Shown: positions 11,276-22,531, counted from the first letter of the stretch. The stretch: 64,000 bases of DNA from Nitrosopumilus sp. (GCA_965203315.1 OZ241857.1:736001-800000), one strand, 5' to 3'. Numbers and translations are program-made. The notes: a model not told the origin generated them from the letters alone.

Positions 11276-12111
11276 GTCCGGACATTACCATTCTTTATGA
11301 TACGATCAGATGGGAAGAAAAGGCGCTCTTGGCAGCAGGAGAGAGCCTCGGCATCAACATACAGATGATAGACTGTAAACAACTCGCGCTAGATCTAGAA
11401 AAGAGCCCTGATGATTACGGTACTGTCATTCAACGATGTGTGAGTTATTATAGAAACATACACTCCACTGCAGCGTTAGAAGGGTTGGGTGTCCATGTGA
11501 TCAACTGCCTCCATACTGGAATCTATGCAGGAAACAAGCTGTTTACACATATGCTACTAAAAGAGTCCAGAGTTCCAACACCTGCTGCGACAGTTTCTTT
11601 CTCCAAAGATGCCGCTCTCGAGATGATGGATGCGAAAGGCTTTCCCCTTGTGATTAAACCGACTGTTGGAAGTTGGGGCAGATTGATCTCTAAACTAAAT
11701 GATCATGATTCCGCTCAAGGAATACTAGAGGGTAGAGAAAAGATGTACCCAATACATCAGATACACTATATAGAAGAGTTTGTAAAGAGACCGCCCAGAG
11801 ATATTAGGGCGATAATGATAGGAGATGAGATCGTTGCTGCAATATATCGCAACTCTACCAATTGGAAGACAAACATGGCACTAGGAGGGGTAGCAGAACC
11901 ATGTAAAGTCACACCAGAGATGAGAGAGATGTGTATAAAGGCAAGAGCAGCAGTGCGAGGTGACATCATAGGAGTGGATCTGATGGAGAGTGAGAATGGT
12001 TTGGTGATTCATGAGATAAACAATACAACGGAATACAAGAATACCGTCAGAGTGTGTGGTATAGATATTCCAAAGTTGATGATACAGTACGCTTTAGAGA
12101 AAGAACGATAG
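11272..12111 (+). CDS. lysX: LysW ligase (ATP-grasp, RimK family)
   Basis: KPTVGSWGR, NWKTNMALGG, HEINNTTEYKN; follows lysW. Confidence 0.92.
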   Translation: MSPDITILYDTIRWEEKALLAAGESLGINIQMIDCKQLALDLEKSPDDYGTVIQRCVSYYRNIHSTAALEGLGVHVINCLHTGIYAGNKLFTHMLLKESRVPTPAATVSFSKDAALEMMDAKGFPLVIKPTVGSWGRLISKLNDHDSAQGILEGREKMYPIHQIHYIEEFVKRPPRDIRAIMIGDEIVAAIYRNSTNWKTNMALGGVAEPCKVTPEMREMCIKARAAVRGDIIGVDLMESENGLVIHEINNTTEYKNTVRVCGIDIPKLMIQYALEKER

Positions 12112-12113
12112 AG

Positions 12114-13253
12114 TTGGACACAAATTTTACAGTTACCCCAAGGTTTACGATAAAGATGCTAGAGAAGGCACTACGTCTATACACTCCATCACTAGAAGAG
12201 AAGCACCTTGCAGAGTTTCTCGCCGACAAGTGTGACGATCTAGGGTTTGACGAGATCAGCATAGACGATGTAGGCAATCTCATCGCAAAGAAGGGATCAG
12301 GCTCACCTACGATAATGTTGTGCGGACACATGGATGTGGTACCAGGCAAGATCAAGGTTAGACGCGAAGGCGATTGGTTGTATGGTCGAGGTGCGTCAGA
12401 TGCAAAGTCTCCACTCATGGCAATGTTGTTTGGTGCAGCTCTATCTCAAAACGTTGGGACGATAATCTTTGTAGGAGCGGTAGATGAAGAAGGAAATGCG
12501 ACAGGAATAAAGAATCTAGTAAAAAAACAGATGAATGTAGATTACGCAATATTTGGTGAACCTAGCGGAATACTACAAATCACGATTGCGTACAAGGGTA
12601 GGCTAGCGATAAGTTTGAAGACGAGTGTACCAGATAGTGCACATGCCAGTGCTCCATGGCTTGCAAAGAATGCTATACAAGAGTCCATGATCTTTGCCAA
12701 TGAACTCAAGACATCACTAGAAGCAAACCAAGAAGACAAGACCAAAGGTATGTTACTAACAGCAACCATAACAGAGATATCTGGAGGAACTAGTCACAAC
12801 GTCACACCCAAAGAATGTGAGACCACGTTTGATATCCGTATCCCCGTAAACATGTGTTGCAAAGACGTCGAGCAAAATATCGCAACCATTGTAAAAGAGA
12901 TATCTGCTAAACGACAAGTTGAGGCATTTTACTCTATACTTGATGAAACAGAACCGTTTGAGGCACCACACAACTCACCGCTAGTTAGAGCCTTAACTTT
13001 GAGTATAATGAGCATAGAAGGTACACGTCCACAACTCATTCGCAAGACCGGTACCGGTGACATGAATGTACTCGGAAACGAGTGGGGCATTCCTGTTGTA
13101 ACGTATGGTCCAGGTGATCCGCACGAATCACATACAATAAATGAAAAGGTATCGATCAAAGAGTATCTAAAGGGAATTGAGATCATAAAACAGTCACTCC
13201 AACACCTAAAGCGATTACACGACAAAAGGATACAACAATGCTCTGGTTTATAG
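12114..13253 (+). CDS. lysK: LysW-lysine/ornithine carboxypeptidase (M20 family)
   Basis: CGHMDVVPG, GRGASDAK, DEEG, GTGDMN, YGPGD..HT; operon context. Confidence 0.88.
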   Translation: MDTNFTVTPRFTIKMLEKALRLYTPSLEEKHLAEFLADKCDDLGFDEISIDDVGNLIAKKGSGSPTIMLCGHMDVVPGKIKVRREGDWLYGRGASDAKSPLMAMLFGAALSQNVGTIIFVGAVDEEGNATGIKNLVKKQMNVDYAIFGEPSGILQITIAYKGRLAISLKTSVPDSAHASAPWLAKNAIQESMIFANELKTSLEANQEDKTKGMLLTATITEISGGTSHNVTPKECETTFDIRIPVNMCCKDVEQNIATIVKEISAKRQVEAFYSILDETEPFEAPHNSPLVRALTLSIMSIEGTRPQLIRKTGTGDMNVLGNEWGIPVVTYGPGDPHESHTINEKVSIKEYLKGIEIIKQSLQHLKRLHDKRIQQCSGL

Positions 13254-14290
13254 GACTGGGCATCTCGGGATTTGAGTCGATACCAAACAGAGCAATAGAC
13301 GTAATATCTAATGCAGATGTAGTATATCTAGAACAGTTTACTAGCCCCATAAACGACAGAGATCTGTCCAAGATTCGTGACATGTGTAGAGGCAGATTTC
13401 GACTAGGCAGAAGATGGATGATAGAAGATGGTAAAGAGATCCTAAACGATGCAGTTGACAAGACAACAGTCTTGTTGACATATGGAGATCCATACATTGC
13501 TACCACACATATAGAACTACGAGCACGTGCCACATCTCAAGGAATAGAGACTCGTTCGATTCATGCAGCGTCAGCTCTCACTGCAATTATAGGCCAATGT
13601 GGATTACACGTCTATAAAGTTGGACGAATTGCAACCATAATGAGTGAGACCAATCTACTAGTCACTCCATACTATACTATATACAAGAATCTCATCGAGG
13701 GCTATCATACATTACTATTACTAGAGTACAATCAAGACAGAGATTTCTTTATAGCACCAAATACGGCACTTGGCAATCTACTAGATACCGAATCGGGACA
13801 ACAGCGAGGTGTTGTAACCGAATCGACATGGTGCATAATTGCGTCCAGAGTTGGGCAGACCGATCAGAGAATAGTCGCAGGCAAGATATCCAGTCTAATT
13901 GATATCGACTTTGGTCCTCCGCCACACTCTATCATCATTCCAGGTACATTACACTTTACAGAATCTGATGCCCTCGAGGCTTTTGTGAGGTGTATAGATG
14001 CACCTACAAACAATACAGAGATGACTACAAAGATATCGGCACAGATGCTAAATAGATACATTCCCATGATACATGATGCCATACAAGAGATAGAACCACT
14101 ATGTGCGAATATCCCCAACATAGATCAGATACTAGAAAACGCCAAACTCTACGTTCAAGATGCAGAGAGATTTCTCCAAGACGGACATGAAGAGGTTGCA
14201 GTGCTAAGTGTCGGATATGCAGATGGTCTAGTTGACGCTATACGAATACAATGTGGTCTTGAACCAAAGATCGCTGACACGTCAAATTAG
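13238..14290 (+). CDS. dph5: Diphthine synthase with DUF357-like C-terminus
   Basis: MLWFIGLG, GDPYIATTH, HTLLLL, FGPPPHSIIIPG.LHF.E. Confidence 0.92.
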   Translation: MLWFIGLGISGFESIPNRAIDVISNADVVYLEQFTSPINDRDLSKIRDMCRGRFRLGRRWMIEDGKEILNDAVDKTTVLLTYGDPYIATTHIELRARATSQGIETRSIHAASALTAIIGQCGLHVYKVGRIATIMSETNLLVTPYYTIYKNLIEGYHTLLLLEYNQDRDFFIAPNTALGNLLDTESGQQRGVVTESTWCIIASRVGQTDQRIVAGKISSLIDIDFGPPPHSIIIPGTLHFTESDALEAFVRCIDAPTNNTEMTTKISAQMLNRYIPMIHDAIQEIEPLCANIPNIDQILENAKLYVQDAERFLQDGHEEVAVLSVGYADGLVDAIRIQCGLEPKIADTSN

Positions 14291-14315
14291 ATCTGTATAA
14301 ATTAAATTCAAGGAT

Positions 14316-14942
14316 ATGTATCCACATTCAAAGATGAGAGAGAATGTAATTCTAGGTGCAGCATATGTAAGCCAGATTACAGGTCAGGATCTTGTAGAGA
14401 TACTTGAGACAAAGACATCACTGTCGGAGCTAGAGATAACTAACCAGATAGACAAGATGATAACAGAGCTCAAGATCGATAGAGAACAGAGACTCACTGC
14501 ACTAGGACGAGAGCAATTAAAGATAGTTCTTGCGGGAGGTGTCTTTGATATCATTCATCCAGGTCACATTCATACGTTGAACGCAGCTGCAAAACTAGGT
14601 AATGTTCTAGTAGTTGTGGTTGCTACCGACAACACCACAGTCAAGATGAAGAAGAGACGTCCATTACACTCTCAGGAACAACGTCGTGAGTTGGTGTCGG
14701 CACTAGGCATGGTTGATCTATGTGTAATAGGTCAAGAAGACGACATATTCAAGACTGTAAACATGATACAGCCCCAGATCATTGCGTTGGGGTATGACCA
14801 GACACACCAAGAAAAGTCAATACTAGAGGGATGTAAGCGAATAGATCTCGATGTCAGAGTGGCACGACTCGAGTCTCCTATACCGGACGACTCTAGCTCA
14901 AAGATTCAACAAGAGTATGGTAGTGAGATTCACGGGTTATGA
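14316..14942 (+). CDS. ribL: Archaeal FAD synthetase (cytidylyltransferase family)
   Basis: GGVFDIIHPGH, IALGYDQ, SSSKI; convergent with ribK. Confidence 0.85.
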   Translation: MYPHSKMRENVILGAAYVSQITGQDLVEILETKTSLSELEITNQIDKMITELKIDREQRLTALGREQLKIVLAGGVFDIIHPGHIHTLNAAAKLGNVLVVVVATDNTTVKMKKRRPLHSQEQRRELVSALGMVDLCVIGQEDDIFKTVNMIQPQIIALGYDQTHQEKSILEGCKRIDLDVRVARLESPIPDDSSSKIQQEYGSEIHGL

Positions 14943-15020
14943 TTGCTGGTTAAGCAGATAGTATGTCTAGAGAATGTGGTAGATCAAGAGTATGGTAGTG
15001 AGATTCATGGGTTATGATTG
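14910..15020. repeat. 36-bp direct repeat at the ribL/ribK convergent ends
   Basis: caagagtatggtagtgagattca(c/t)gggttatgattg at 14910 and 14985. Confidence 0.9.
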
Positions 15021-15688
15021 GTTGCGATACGTACAGTTACTTTGGAACCATCATCTAGTCTAGCAGTCTCTCTGATACATACGTCAGAGATCAACTCTAT
15101 TATCGACTCGTCATGATGAGTCCTCTCCAAGATTATCATCTGACAGTTGACAGAGTTGACTAGAGCTGCAAAGCATTTGACCCAACCAAATGTTCTGGTA
15201 TCGTCACTAAATCCATCTATCATGACTCCAGACATATTGTTAAACTGTTGTAGCGTCTGTTGGTATATCGGATCACTCAACTTTATGTTGAGCGTTCCTG
15301 GAAACGGTACATAGCCTATCTTGTTCTTGAACTGCTTTGTGTATCCTTCAAGGGACATATAGTATGCCCCTTCACCCATGCCAGATGCTACTGTTCCTCG
15401 AACTAGAACGTTGTCGTCAGAGTTGATGCCCTTTTGGATCATTGAACCAAGACGTACTATCTTTGAGTATCCCCTAGGAGTTATACGTACTGCGACTCGG
15501 CGACCAGTAATCACTCTATCGATAAGCCGATTCTGTTCTAACTCTAGCAGATACTTGGATGTAGCTTGCTGCGATCTATGTATAGCTCGACCAAGATCTG
15601 TAGTGGTAATAGACACATAGTTGTATCGTGCACCTTGTGATAGTAAATACAACATGGCCATCACGTGCTTGATATTTAGGTCAAACAT
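15005..15688 (-). CDS. ribK: CTP-dependent riboflavin kinase with N-terminal HTH (RbkR type)
   Basis: SGMGEGAYY, PFPGTLN, ERTHH, IELIS. Confidence 0.92.
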   Translation of the reverse strand: MFDLNIKHVMAMLYLLSQGARYNYVSITTTDLGRAIHRSQQATSKYLLELEQNRLIDRVITGRRVAVRITPRGYSKIVRLGSMIQKGINSDDNVLVRGTVASGMGEGAYYMSLEGYTKQFKNKIGYVPFPGTLNIKLSDPIYQQTLQQFNNMSGVMIDGFSDDTRTFGWVKCFAALVNSVNCQMIILERTHHDESIIELISDVCIRETARLDDGSKVTVRIATNHNP

Positions 15689-16052
15689 TCACTATACTTC
15701 ACACGGAGGCATAAAAATATCAATTGATGTATCTCGGATGATGGTTTACAAGCCCAAAATATTGTGATGTGTTGCAATGTTGTAAAATCAACAATAGAAC
15801 GCAATCAATTACGAATTGTCAGTTATCGTGATCTCGTTATTATTCCACAAGGCTGTAAAACCAGCAATAGAACGTACTCGATTACGAGTCTGTATCTGTA
15901 ATGGGTATTTGCGTCTATCGGTTTTTGACTCATTTAATACACTTTGTCAAATTCACCAAATACGCATAATTGATAAGAGTGTGTTTGCACTCAAACAATT
16001 GTTTTTGTCCACACATAAAAATTCCAGGATAACTAGCGGATATAAGTACACC

Positions 16053-16192
16053 AGACTGTATGCGTATTATTAAGAGTGCCCATGCCCAATCATCAACATG
16101 ATAACAATGAATCAATTTGCCTCTAGAAATCACACCTGTGTTTTATTGTACCTTAAAACGTGAGTATGATGTAAGAAATACGCATACAGTCT
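16053..16192 (-). mobile_element. MITE family B copy
   Basis: TIR agactgtatgcgtatt...aatacgcatacagtct; 3 copies in window. Confidence 0.85.
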
Positions 16193-16313
16193 ACCATAGT
16201 CTCAACACCAAATATATCGTCAAAAAAGTTCAAAGACAAATGCATCACGCATGATCGACAAATATTTTTGATTAAATGTATACAATTGTATGTTTGTGCC
16301 AAATGCTCAAGAT

Positions 16314-19300
16314 CTAATGACCATATCTTTTGTCACATATTGTTGCGTAATCACAGTATTTACAGTTCATATAGTCAGGTTTGGCTGGAAATTCTTCATT
16401 AAATATGAAATTAGTCATCTCGGACAATCTAGTCTCAAACTCTTCTATATCTTTACTAGTTACATCATACGATACCATTGTACCATCTTTAAGATAAAGC
16501 AATGATACTTTTTTGGGAAGTTTTCCATACAAATGTCGTATAGCTAGTGCATAGATGTTTAGTTGAATGTCACTCTTGATCTTATTTTTTGAGAGTTTAG
16601 ACTTGCCAGTCTTAAAATCAACAACCATGTAATCACCATTCGGAGTCATCTCAACTCTATCAATCTTGCCAGTTATGACTACGTCATTAAACGATGTGGT
16701 GAATTTTATCTCAATATCCACTATAGAATTTTCATTAGAGTTGTGCCATTGCAAATACTTTTCCAACATATCCTTTGCAGAGTCTAGATATTGATCTTCT
16801 AGAGTTTTATTATCGTATGACAATGAATTCCAATATTTATCTAATATTTCAAATGCTAATTCCGTGGTGACTGTTTTGTTATCTTTTTGTAACTTTTCTA
16901 TACTCTCGATTGTTTTGTGGATATCACTACCAAATGAAAGATATGACTTTGGTCTACCAGGAGCATTCAACACATATTGAAACTTGAACTGTAAAGGGCA
17001 TTTATCAAAATTTGTGTACTTTGTCGAGCTGAGATGAAATGTATCTTTTTTGATTAGTTTTTGAGTAGGTTGTTTGTTTAATTGATAGTCTATCGCAAAG
17101 TCCGGATCTATGTCTAAAAGATTTTTGTGATCAAACTTTGTTAAATCATCATACGTTTCAAAATGCTTAATTTTGGCTAGATCGATAATCTTTTGGATTG
17201 CAGTAGATAGATTCATCTGATTGATCGCGTTTATAGCAAGTTTTTGGTGTTCATTCTTTAACCGCTCAAAATGTTCTATTGGTGTTGTCGAGATGTTAAT
17301 ATCAGAGACATATTCATCAAAGGAAATTAGTGGGTTTTTGGTATAGTCTAGTTCAGTTAAAAATTGTGAAGGTTTATTCTCGGTTTTACGATCCTCTGGC
17401 TTTCTAGTATATGTGATGTATAGGTGGCTCTTTGCGCGAGTCATTGCAACATAAAAGAGTTTCTTTTCATCTATAATGTGGAGTGTCTTTTCGTCTCCCA
17501 CTGTTTTAATGCCTTTGTTTAGATCATTTGGGACACGAAATGGTTTGGATTTTAGACGTAATGGCAGACTATTCTCAGATACATCCACTATAAAGACCAC
17601 TTGGAATTCTTTACCCTTACTTTGATGTATAGTGTTTACAAATATGCCATCGTCATCGTCCGACTCGTCAGTAAAGTCTAGATCGAGTTCAAATAGTTGT
17701 TTCAGATAATCAACAAAGTCACTCATATCATAATTTGGATATAGTTGTTCATACTCTTGTGCAAAGTCAATAATCTTTTTTAGTGCAGCACGTTGTATAC
17801 GACTCTCGAGTGAATCATCACCTAGTGAGTTTTTATACAATCCAGAAGTAGACATTATAATTGTGTGTACGGTACTAGAGATCGAAGATGATGTGTTGCA
17901 TAATTTGTTCAAGACGTCAACAAACTCGTTTAATACTCGCCATTGTGGATTGTTTTTACTAATTTCTTGTAATGACTTTAAGATGAAATCGACTCCAGGT
18001 ACACGGTTGTTTGCTAGTTTTTTAGAGTGGTGACCTATATCAGATATGTTGTACTCGTCTATACCATGATTCTTCATCAGTCTTATGATCTCGTTGCCGG
18101 CTCGTGCAGGATCAGCCACTATCTTTAGATACGCCATCAAGTCTTGAATTACAGGACCTTTGAACAGCTGATCTGATACCATAAAATTTACTGGTAGTCC
18201 CTCAAACTTTAATAATTTTATGAATCGAGATGCAGATCTTCTAGTTCGAAACAAGATAGCGATGTCTTTGGGAGACAAGCGATATTCTGTGCCATCCTCT
18301 GTGATCAGTTGGTTGTTTAAGAGATCTTTGATTGTATTTACAACATACTCGGCTTGAGCACCCTCATTTGAGCACTCACAGACGTTGATACGCTCTCCAG
18401 TTACATTACTAGTCGACAACTCTTTTGAAACTCGATCTGGAATAGACTTGATCAGTTGATTGGTCAGAGAGACTATATTTTTGGTGCTACGATAGTTTTG
18501 TACAAGATCTAGTGTCTCTGTACCTTGAAAATAGTTCTTAAAGTCTACAAAGATCTCTGCATATGCTCCTTGAAATCCAAATATGGATTGATCATCATCA
18601 CCCACAGCTGTGACATTTCCATCAGTCGAGATCAATTTGACAAGCTGCATTTGCGCATAATTATTATCTTGAAACTCGTCAATCAAAATATGTTTGAATT
18701 GTGATCCAAGTTTTGTTCGAATCGACTCGTTCTGTTGTAATAGATCAACCACCTCGACTAGAATATCATTAAAGTCAATCAAGTTTGTAGACTTCCAAAA
18801 CTCTTGAAACTTCACATATAGTTTATGCAGATCATATAGCTGTGATATCTTTTGTTGTTGATCTTGAGAGAGTGATTCGTTCCCTTTTCGATCAAGATAC
18901 TCTACCAATTCGGTAGTTGAGATTAGTTCATTTTTGAATAGCTTGATTCCGTCAGTTATGTCTTTTATTATATCTACTATATTGTTTCCAACTTTGACAT
19001 ACTCAAAGTTAAACGAGTCGATATTTCGAATACCCCACATGAGAATAGACGACTGTTCCAATATTCCGCGAATACTTGTTCCTGACTCTAGCACATGATC
19101 TTCTAATATCGATTTAGCAAATGAGTGAAGAGTGTGTATGTTAACTCCGACTATATTGTCGCCTTCCAACCTCTGTACCATCTCACCGGTAGCCTTTCGA
19201 GTAAAGGTCAGACAGAGTATCTCTTCTGGTTTTATACCAGATTTGATTAGATATTTGACGCGTTCGGTTATGACTCTAGTTTTGCCACTACCTGGACCTG

Positions 19301-19364
19301 CTCGAATTAAGAGAGGACCTTGATCATATTCTACAGCTGCTTGTTGGCGTGGATCAAGTTCCAT
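16314..19364 (-). CDS. UvrD/PcrA-like SF1 helicase fused to PD-(D/E)xK nuclease with 4-Cys Fe-S motif
   Basis: AGPGSGKT, IDEFQD, VGDDDQSIF, NYRS, TIHQSKGKEF, YVAMTRA; C-terminal CPLQF, GKIDRV, DFKTG, QLNIY, CKYCDYATIC. Confidence 0.92.
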   Translation of the reverse strand: MELDPRQQAAVEYDQGPLLIRAGPGSGKTRVITERVKYLIKSGIKPEEILCLTFTRKATGEMVQRLEGDNIVGVNIHTLHSFAKSILEDHVLESGTSIRGILEQSSILMWGIRNIDSFNFEYVKVGNNIVDIIKDITDGIKLFKNELISTTELVEYLDRKGNESLSQDQQQKISQLYDLHKLYVKFQEFWKSTNLIDFNDILVEVVDLLQQNESIRTKLGSQFKHILIDEFQDNNYAQMQLVKLISTDGNVTAVGDDDQSIFGFQGAYAEIFVDFKNYFQGTETLDLVQNYRSTKNIVSLTNQLIKSIPDRVSKELSTSNVTGERINVCECSNEGAQAEYVVNTIKDLLNNQLITEDGTEYRLSPKDIAILFRTRRSASRFIKLLKFEGLPVNFMVSDQLFKGPVIQDLMAYLKIVADPARAGNEIIRLMKNHGIDEYNISDIGHHSKKLANNRVPGVDFILKSLQEISKNNPQWRVLNEFVDVLNKLCNTSSSISSTVHTIIMSTSGLYKNSLGDDSLESRIQRAALKKIIDFAQEYEQLYPNYDMSDFVDYLKQLFELDLDFTDESDDDDGIFVNTIHQSKGKEFQVVFIVDVSENSLPLRLKSKPFRVPNDLNKGIKTVGDEKTLHIIDEKKLFYVAMTRAKSHLYITYTRKPEDRKTENKPSQFLTELDYTKNPLISFDEYVSDINISTTPIEHFERLKNEHQKLAINAINQMNLSTAIQKIIDLAKIKHFETYDDLTKFDHKNLLDIDPDFAIDYQLNKQPTQKLIKKDTFHLSSTKYTNFDKCPLQFKFQYVLNAPGRPKSYLSFGSDIHKTIESIEKLQKDNKTVTTELAFEILDKYWNSLSYDNKTLEDQYLDSAKDMLEKYLQWHNSNENSIVDIEIKFTTSFNDVVITGKIDRVEMTPNGDYMVVDFKTGKSKLSKNKIKSDIQLNIYALAIRHLYGKLPKKVSLLYLKDGTMVSYDVTSKDIEEFETRLSEMTNFIFNEEFPAKPDYMNCKYCDYATICDKRYGH

Positions 19365-19726
19365 AGAAGAATAGTCAAGATACTAGTCTAATAACTTATC
19401 CATAAAGTGTATCTAAGATGAGAGTCTTTAACAAACGTGTAGATCATGTGTGTGAAATATCAATGATCATTGTTTTTCCACAATCTAGAACATAGATTTT
19501 ATCTATTTTTCAATAATGCTCTAGACAGCAGTATCCATCACAAAGCATTCTTTATTTCCAAAAGAAAGAGTACTCTTGCATAACAGGTAAAGAGATGTGA
19601 ACTCGAGACTGTCTCAAATATATCAAAATACGATCAATCATACTCACTCTCTGTTCGAGATCTTGGAGACTTTTGATTATGTTTTTGATCGTCAACATTT
19701 TTATTATAAATAGATCAACGAACACA

Positions 19727-20305
19727 ATGTCTGAACCAAATGTTGTAGGAGTCAAGGTTCTAGAGCAGAACGGTCTAGATGTACAAGCGCTGGTGGCAGA
19801 ACTAGTTAAAAACGCAGCAGTAGAGTTTACTGCATACTATTACTTTACCAACCTCAGAGCGCATTGTACAGGGATCGAGGGAGAAGGCCTCAAAGGAATA
19901 ATAGAAGATGCTCGCTTGGAAGACCTCAGCCACTTTGAAGCATGTATTGAACGGATATACCAGCTCGGTGGCACACTCCCAAATGATGCTCTTGAATTTA
20001 TCAAGATGTCGGGTTGTGAGTTTTTGCAACTTCCTACAAACCCTACAGATCACAAACAGATTCTTGAGAGATGTCTCAAGGCAGAGCAAGGAGCCATAAT
20101 CAACTGGAACAAGATATGTCAAATGACGTTAGGTAAAGATCCTGCAACGTATGATATTGCAAAAGATATTCTAGCTGAAGAGATTGAGCACGAATCGTGG
20201 TTTCTCGAGCTCATTTACGGTAGACCGTCAGGACATATGCGTCGCAAATATGCTGGCGAACGACCTCACACTAGAAAGCACTCCAGAGCATTAGATATGG
20301 CATAG
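19727..20305 (+). CDS. DPS-like (DPSL) ferritin-like protein
   Basis: EFTAYYYF, EDARLEDLSHFE, RIYQLGG, KDPATYD, EEIEHESWF, RPSGH. Confidence 0.9.
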   Translation: MSEPNVVGVKVLEQNGLDVQALVAELVKNAAVEFTAYYYFTNLRAHCTGIEGEGLKGIIEDARLEDLSHFEACIERIYQLGGTLPNDALEFIKMSGCEFLQLPTNPTDHKQILERCLKAEQGAIINWNKICQMTLGKDPATYDIAKDILAEEIEHESWFLELIYGRPSGHMRRKYAGERPHTRKHSRALDMA

Positions 20306-20373
20306 TTGGTCATCACTCTTCATATTTTTTGTACAAATTGCATGGTTAAATAGAAAAATCTCCATAATGATAC

Positions 20374-20715
20374 ATGGTAAAACAGATCAGTCTCGATGCG
20401 TGGCAGATCAAACATTTGACAGAGTTGTTGACAAAAGGTTCAGAGATTGTCGCAAAGACAGATAAGCCGATCGTTCTGTATAGACAGATACTAGAAGAAG
20501 AAGACAGCTCGTACGAAGAGATAGTCTGCATTCTAACACACAAGTATGTAACCGAACAACGAATTAGTTCTGGAGGATTATTGCCACCCACATTTCATCA
20601 GCAGATAGTTTATTCTATAGCATCATATTCACCCATATTATTACGAAAGAGTAGAGATAGAGTCCTAAAGATGATCGATTTTCTTGAGGAACAGCTAGAC
20701 ACAGAGTCAGAATAG
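20374..20715 (+). CDS. Hypothetical protein
   Basis: 113-aa ORF with host-like codon usage. Confidence 0.7.
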   Translation: MVKQISLDAWQIKHLTELLTKGSEIVAKTDKPIVLYRQILEEEDSSYEEIVCILTHKYVTEQRISSGGLLPPTFHQQIVYSIASYSPILLRKSRDRVLKMIDFLEEQLDTESE

Positions 20716-20866
20716 ATGACTCATTTCTTGATTCTATTGATGGACAAGATGTATGTTTGAAGAGTTACGAACATTCTTGTCGAAGGGGTTCTGTAAAGTT
20801 ATAGTGACCTGAAGATTTAGTGTATAAAAGATCGCAAATTATAAAGATGTAAAACACACACGTGTA

Positions 20867-21038
20867 GGTTCTGTTCAATTGACGAAGATTGAGATCGTGA
20901 TGACGTTATCTCAAACGTACAATATGAGATTCAAAAAAGCATCAATTTACGATAACCAATATGAGGCCATTTCCATATTTTGCAAAGTTTCGTGAATTTT
21001 GTGCAGAAGATGCCAACCCCCGTCAATGGAACAGAACC
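20867..21038 (+). mobile_element. MITE family A copy
   Basis: ggttctgttcaattgacg...cgtcaatggaacagaacc. Confidence 0.9.
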
Positions 21039-21074
21039 GGGACTCGGTATCTCTAATCACCAAAACTTAAGATT

Positions 21075-21281
21075 TCAAGGTTTTAAATAACATTGATAAA
21101 AATCAGAGTATTCCAAATCTTCTACAGATCCAAAATTCATAGCTTCGTAATCTGATGGCCATACACATGGTCCTGCAATAGTACCATAAAAAATCACATT
21201 TGAGATAAGTGGGAAAAACAATCCACAAAAAAACCCAAACACAAACACTAGAAGAAGAAAAATAAGATTAATAGTTGTCAT
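21075..21281 (-). CDS. Small single-TM membrane protein
   Basis: MTTINLIFLLLVFVFGFFCGLFF...; overlaps stop of upstream gene. Confidence 0.55.
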   Translation of the reverse strand: MTTINLIFLLLVFVFGFFCGLFFPLISNVIFYGTIAGPCVWPSDYEAMNFGSVEDLEYSDFYQCYLKP

Positions 21282-22230
21282 GCCACCACGCAACATATGG
21301 TCCCCACCACAAAGCAGGCCACACATACCTTATGACTTCTGGATTTGGCTCGTACTCAAATACACGGTATGAGAAGTTTGGAGGATCAATTATGGCCTGA
21401 TCACGAAAAGCTCCTAAATCACACAATCCAGAATATTGACTACTAGGCGTAACCTTGGCAAAATCATAAGGCTGTGATGTAGTACCTGTCCATGAAGCAT
21501 AAACATCAACCATATGATATCCTGCTCTTTTTAATTCAGATTGTGTAGCACTTAGAGTTCCTGAACCTCGATAGTTATCAGGATATGTGTCAGGTTTATG
21601 TGGATCATTAAAACCTCCTCCACAGACAGTAAGCCATGCACCGTGATGTACAGGAACAATACTATCAATACCAAAGACAGTTACAATTGGTGTTTGGACA
21701 TAATCATAGGACACAGGCGTTATATCATTTGTAGAACCAATTGCGCCAGAATTGGCAAACAGAGCTTTGAATTTTCCAGTCTGTAGATCTTTTAGAGCAA
21801 GTTTTAGCTCCATATTGTTAGTTCCTAACTCATTTACCTTACCAACTGAACCAACAGTTGCATTCATTATTGCATTATTGTGTATTGTAAAATCCAGTGC
21901 AACATCAATGTCTTTTTGTGTTACATTAGGATCTTTTGTTGCAGATATGTCAAATTTGATGTTTTTGTTTTCATCATATATGACAAAAGGTTCCATTACA
22001 TCAAATGCGTGATGGATCTCTTGTAGTGTATAGTCTTGTGAAGTATCCTCTAATTCCTCTACTTGTGTGTTATCTAATTCCGTCAATTTCACATTAACTT
22101 GCATTTCTAATGATTCAATCTCTGATTTGAATTGGTTTGGTGTGCTTGCGTCAGTGTTTTGTGCCAATACTATGCATGGAACTAAGAATATAGCAACCAG
22201 ACGTGATCTGGCAATTTGTACTTTGTTCAT
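21268..22230 (-). CDS. Secreted protein with Trp/Cys-containing C-terminal domain
   Basis: Signal peptide MNKVQIARSRLVAIFLVPCIVLA; C-terminus EPNPEVIRYVWPALWWGPYVAWWH. Confidence 0.75.
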   Translation of the reverse strand: MNKVQIARSRLVAIFLVPCIVLAQNTDASTPNQFKSEIESLEMQVNVKLTELDNTQVEELEDTSQDYTLQEIHHAFDVMEPFVIYDENKNIKFDISATKDPNVTQKDIDVALDFTIHNNAIMNATVGSVGKVNELGTNNMELKLALKDLQTGKFKALFANSGAIGSTNDITPVSYDYVQTPIVTVFGIDSIVPVHHGAWLTVCGGGFNDPHKPDTYPDNYRGSGTLSATQSELKRAGYHMVDVYASWTGTTSQPYDFAKVTPSSQYSGLCDLGAFRDQAIIDPPNFSYRVFEYEPNPEVIRYVWPALWWGPYVAWWHDNY

Positions 22231-22531
22231 GTTATTAATTATCGTATAACTTTTTTACTATATATGAGAGCCGTATCTATGATATGTATCCATGATACGT
22301 AATGTTTTTATATGTGCCCTAGACGAGTCGATTCTGTTCACTTGTTCGATCTTGATATGTCTATCGATTATCAATAAATTTTGTAAACATTAGACGATTA
22401 AAGGTCTGATCGTAACATGTATTGTCACAACAAACCACAAAGATCATATGCTGTTAATCCTTCTACAAAACAAGCCTGATCTACATTCGTTTTAGTTAAG
22501 GGATACAAGGATCTATGAGTGAAATATCCGC

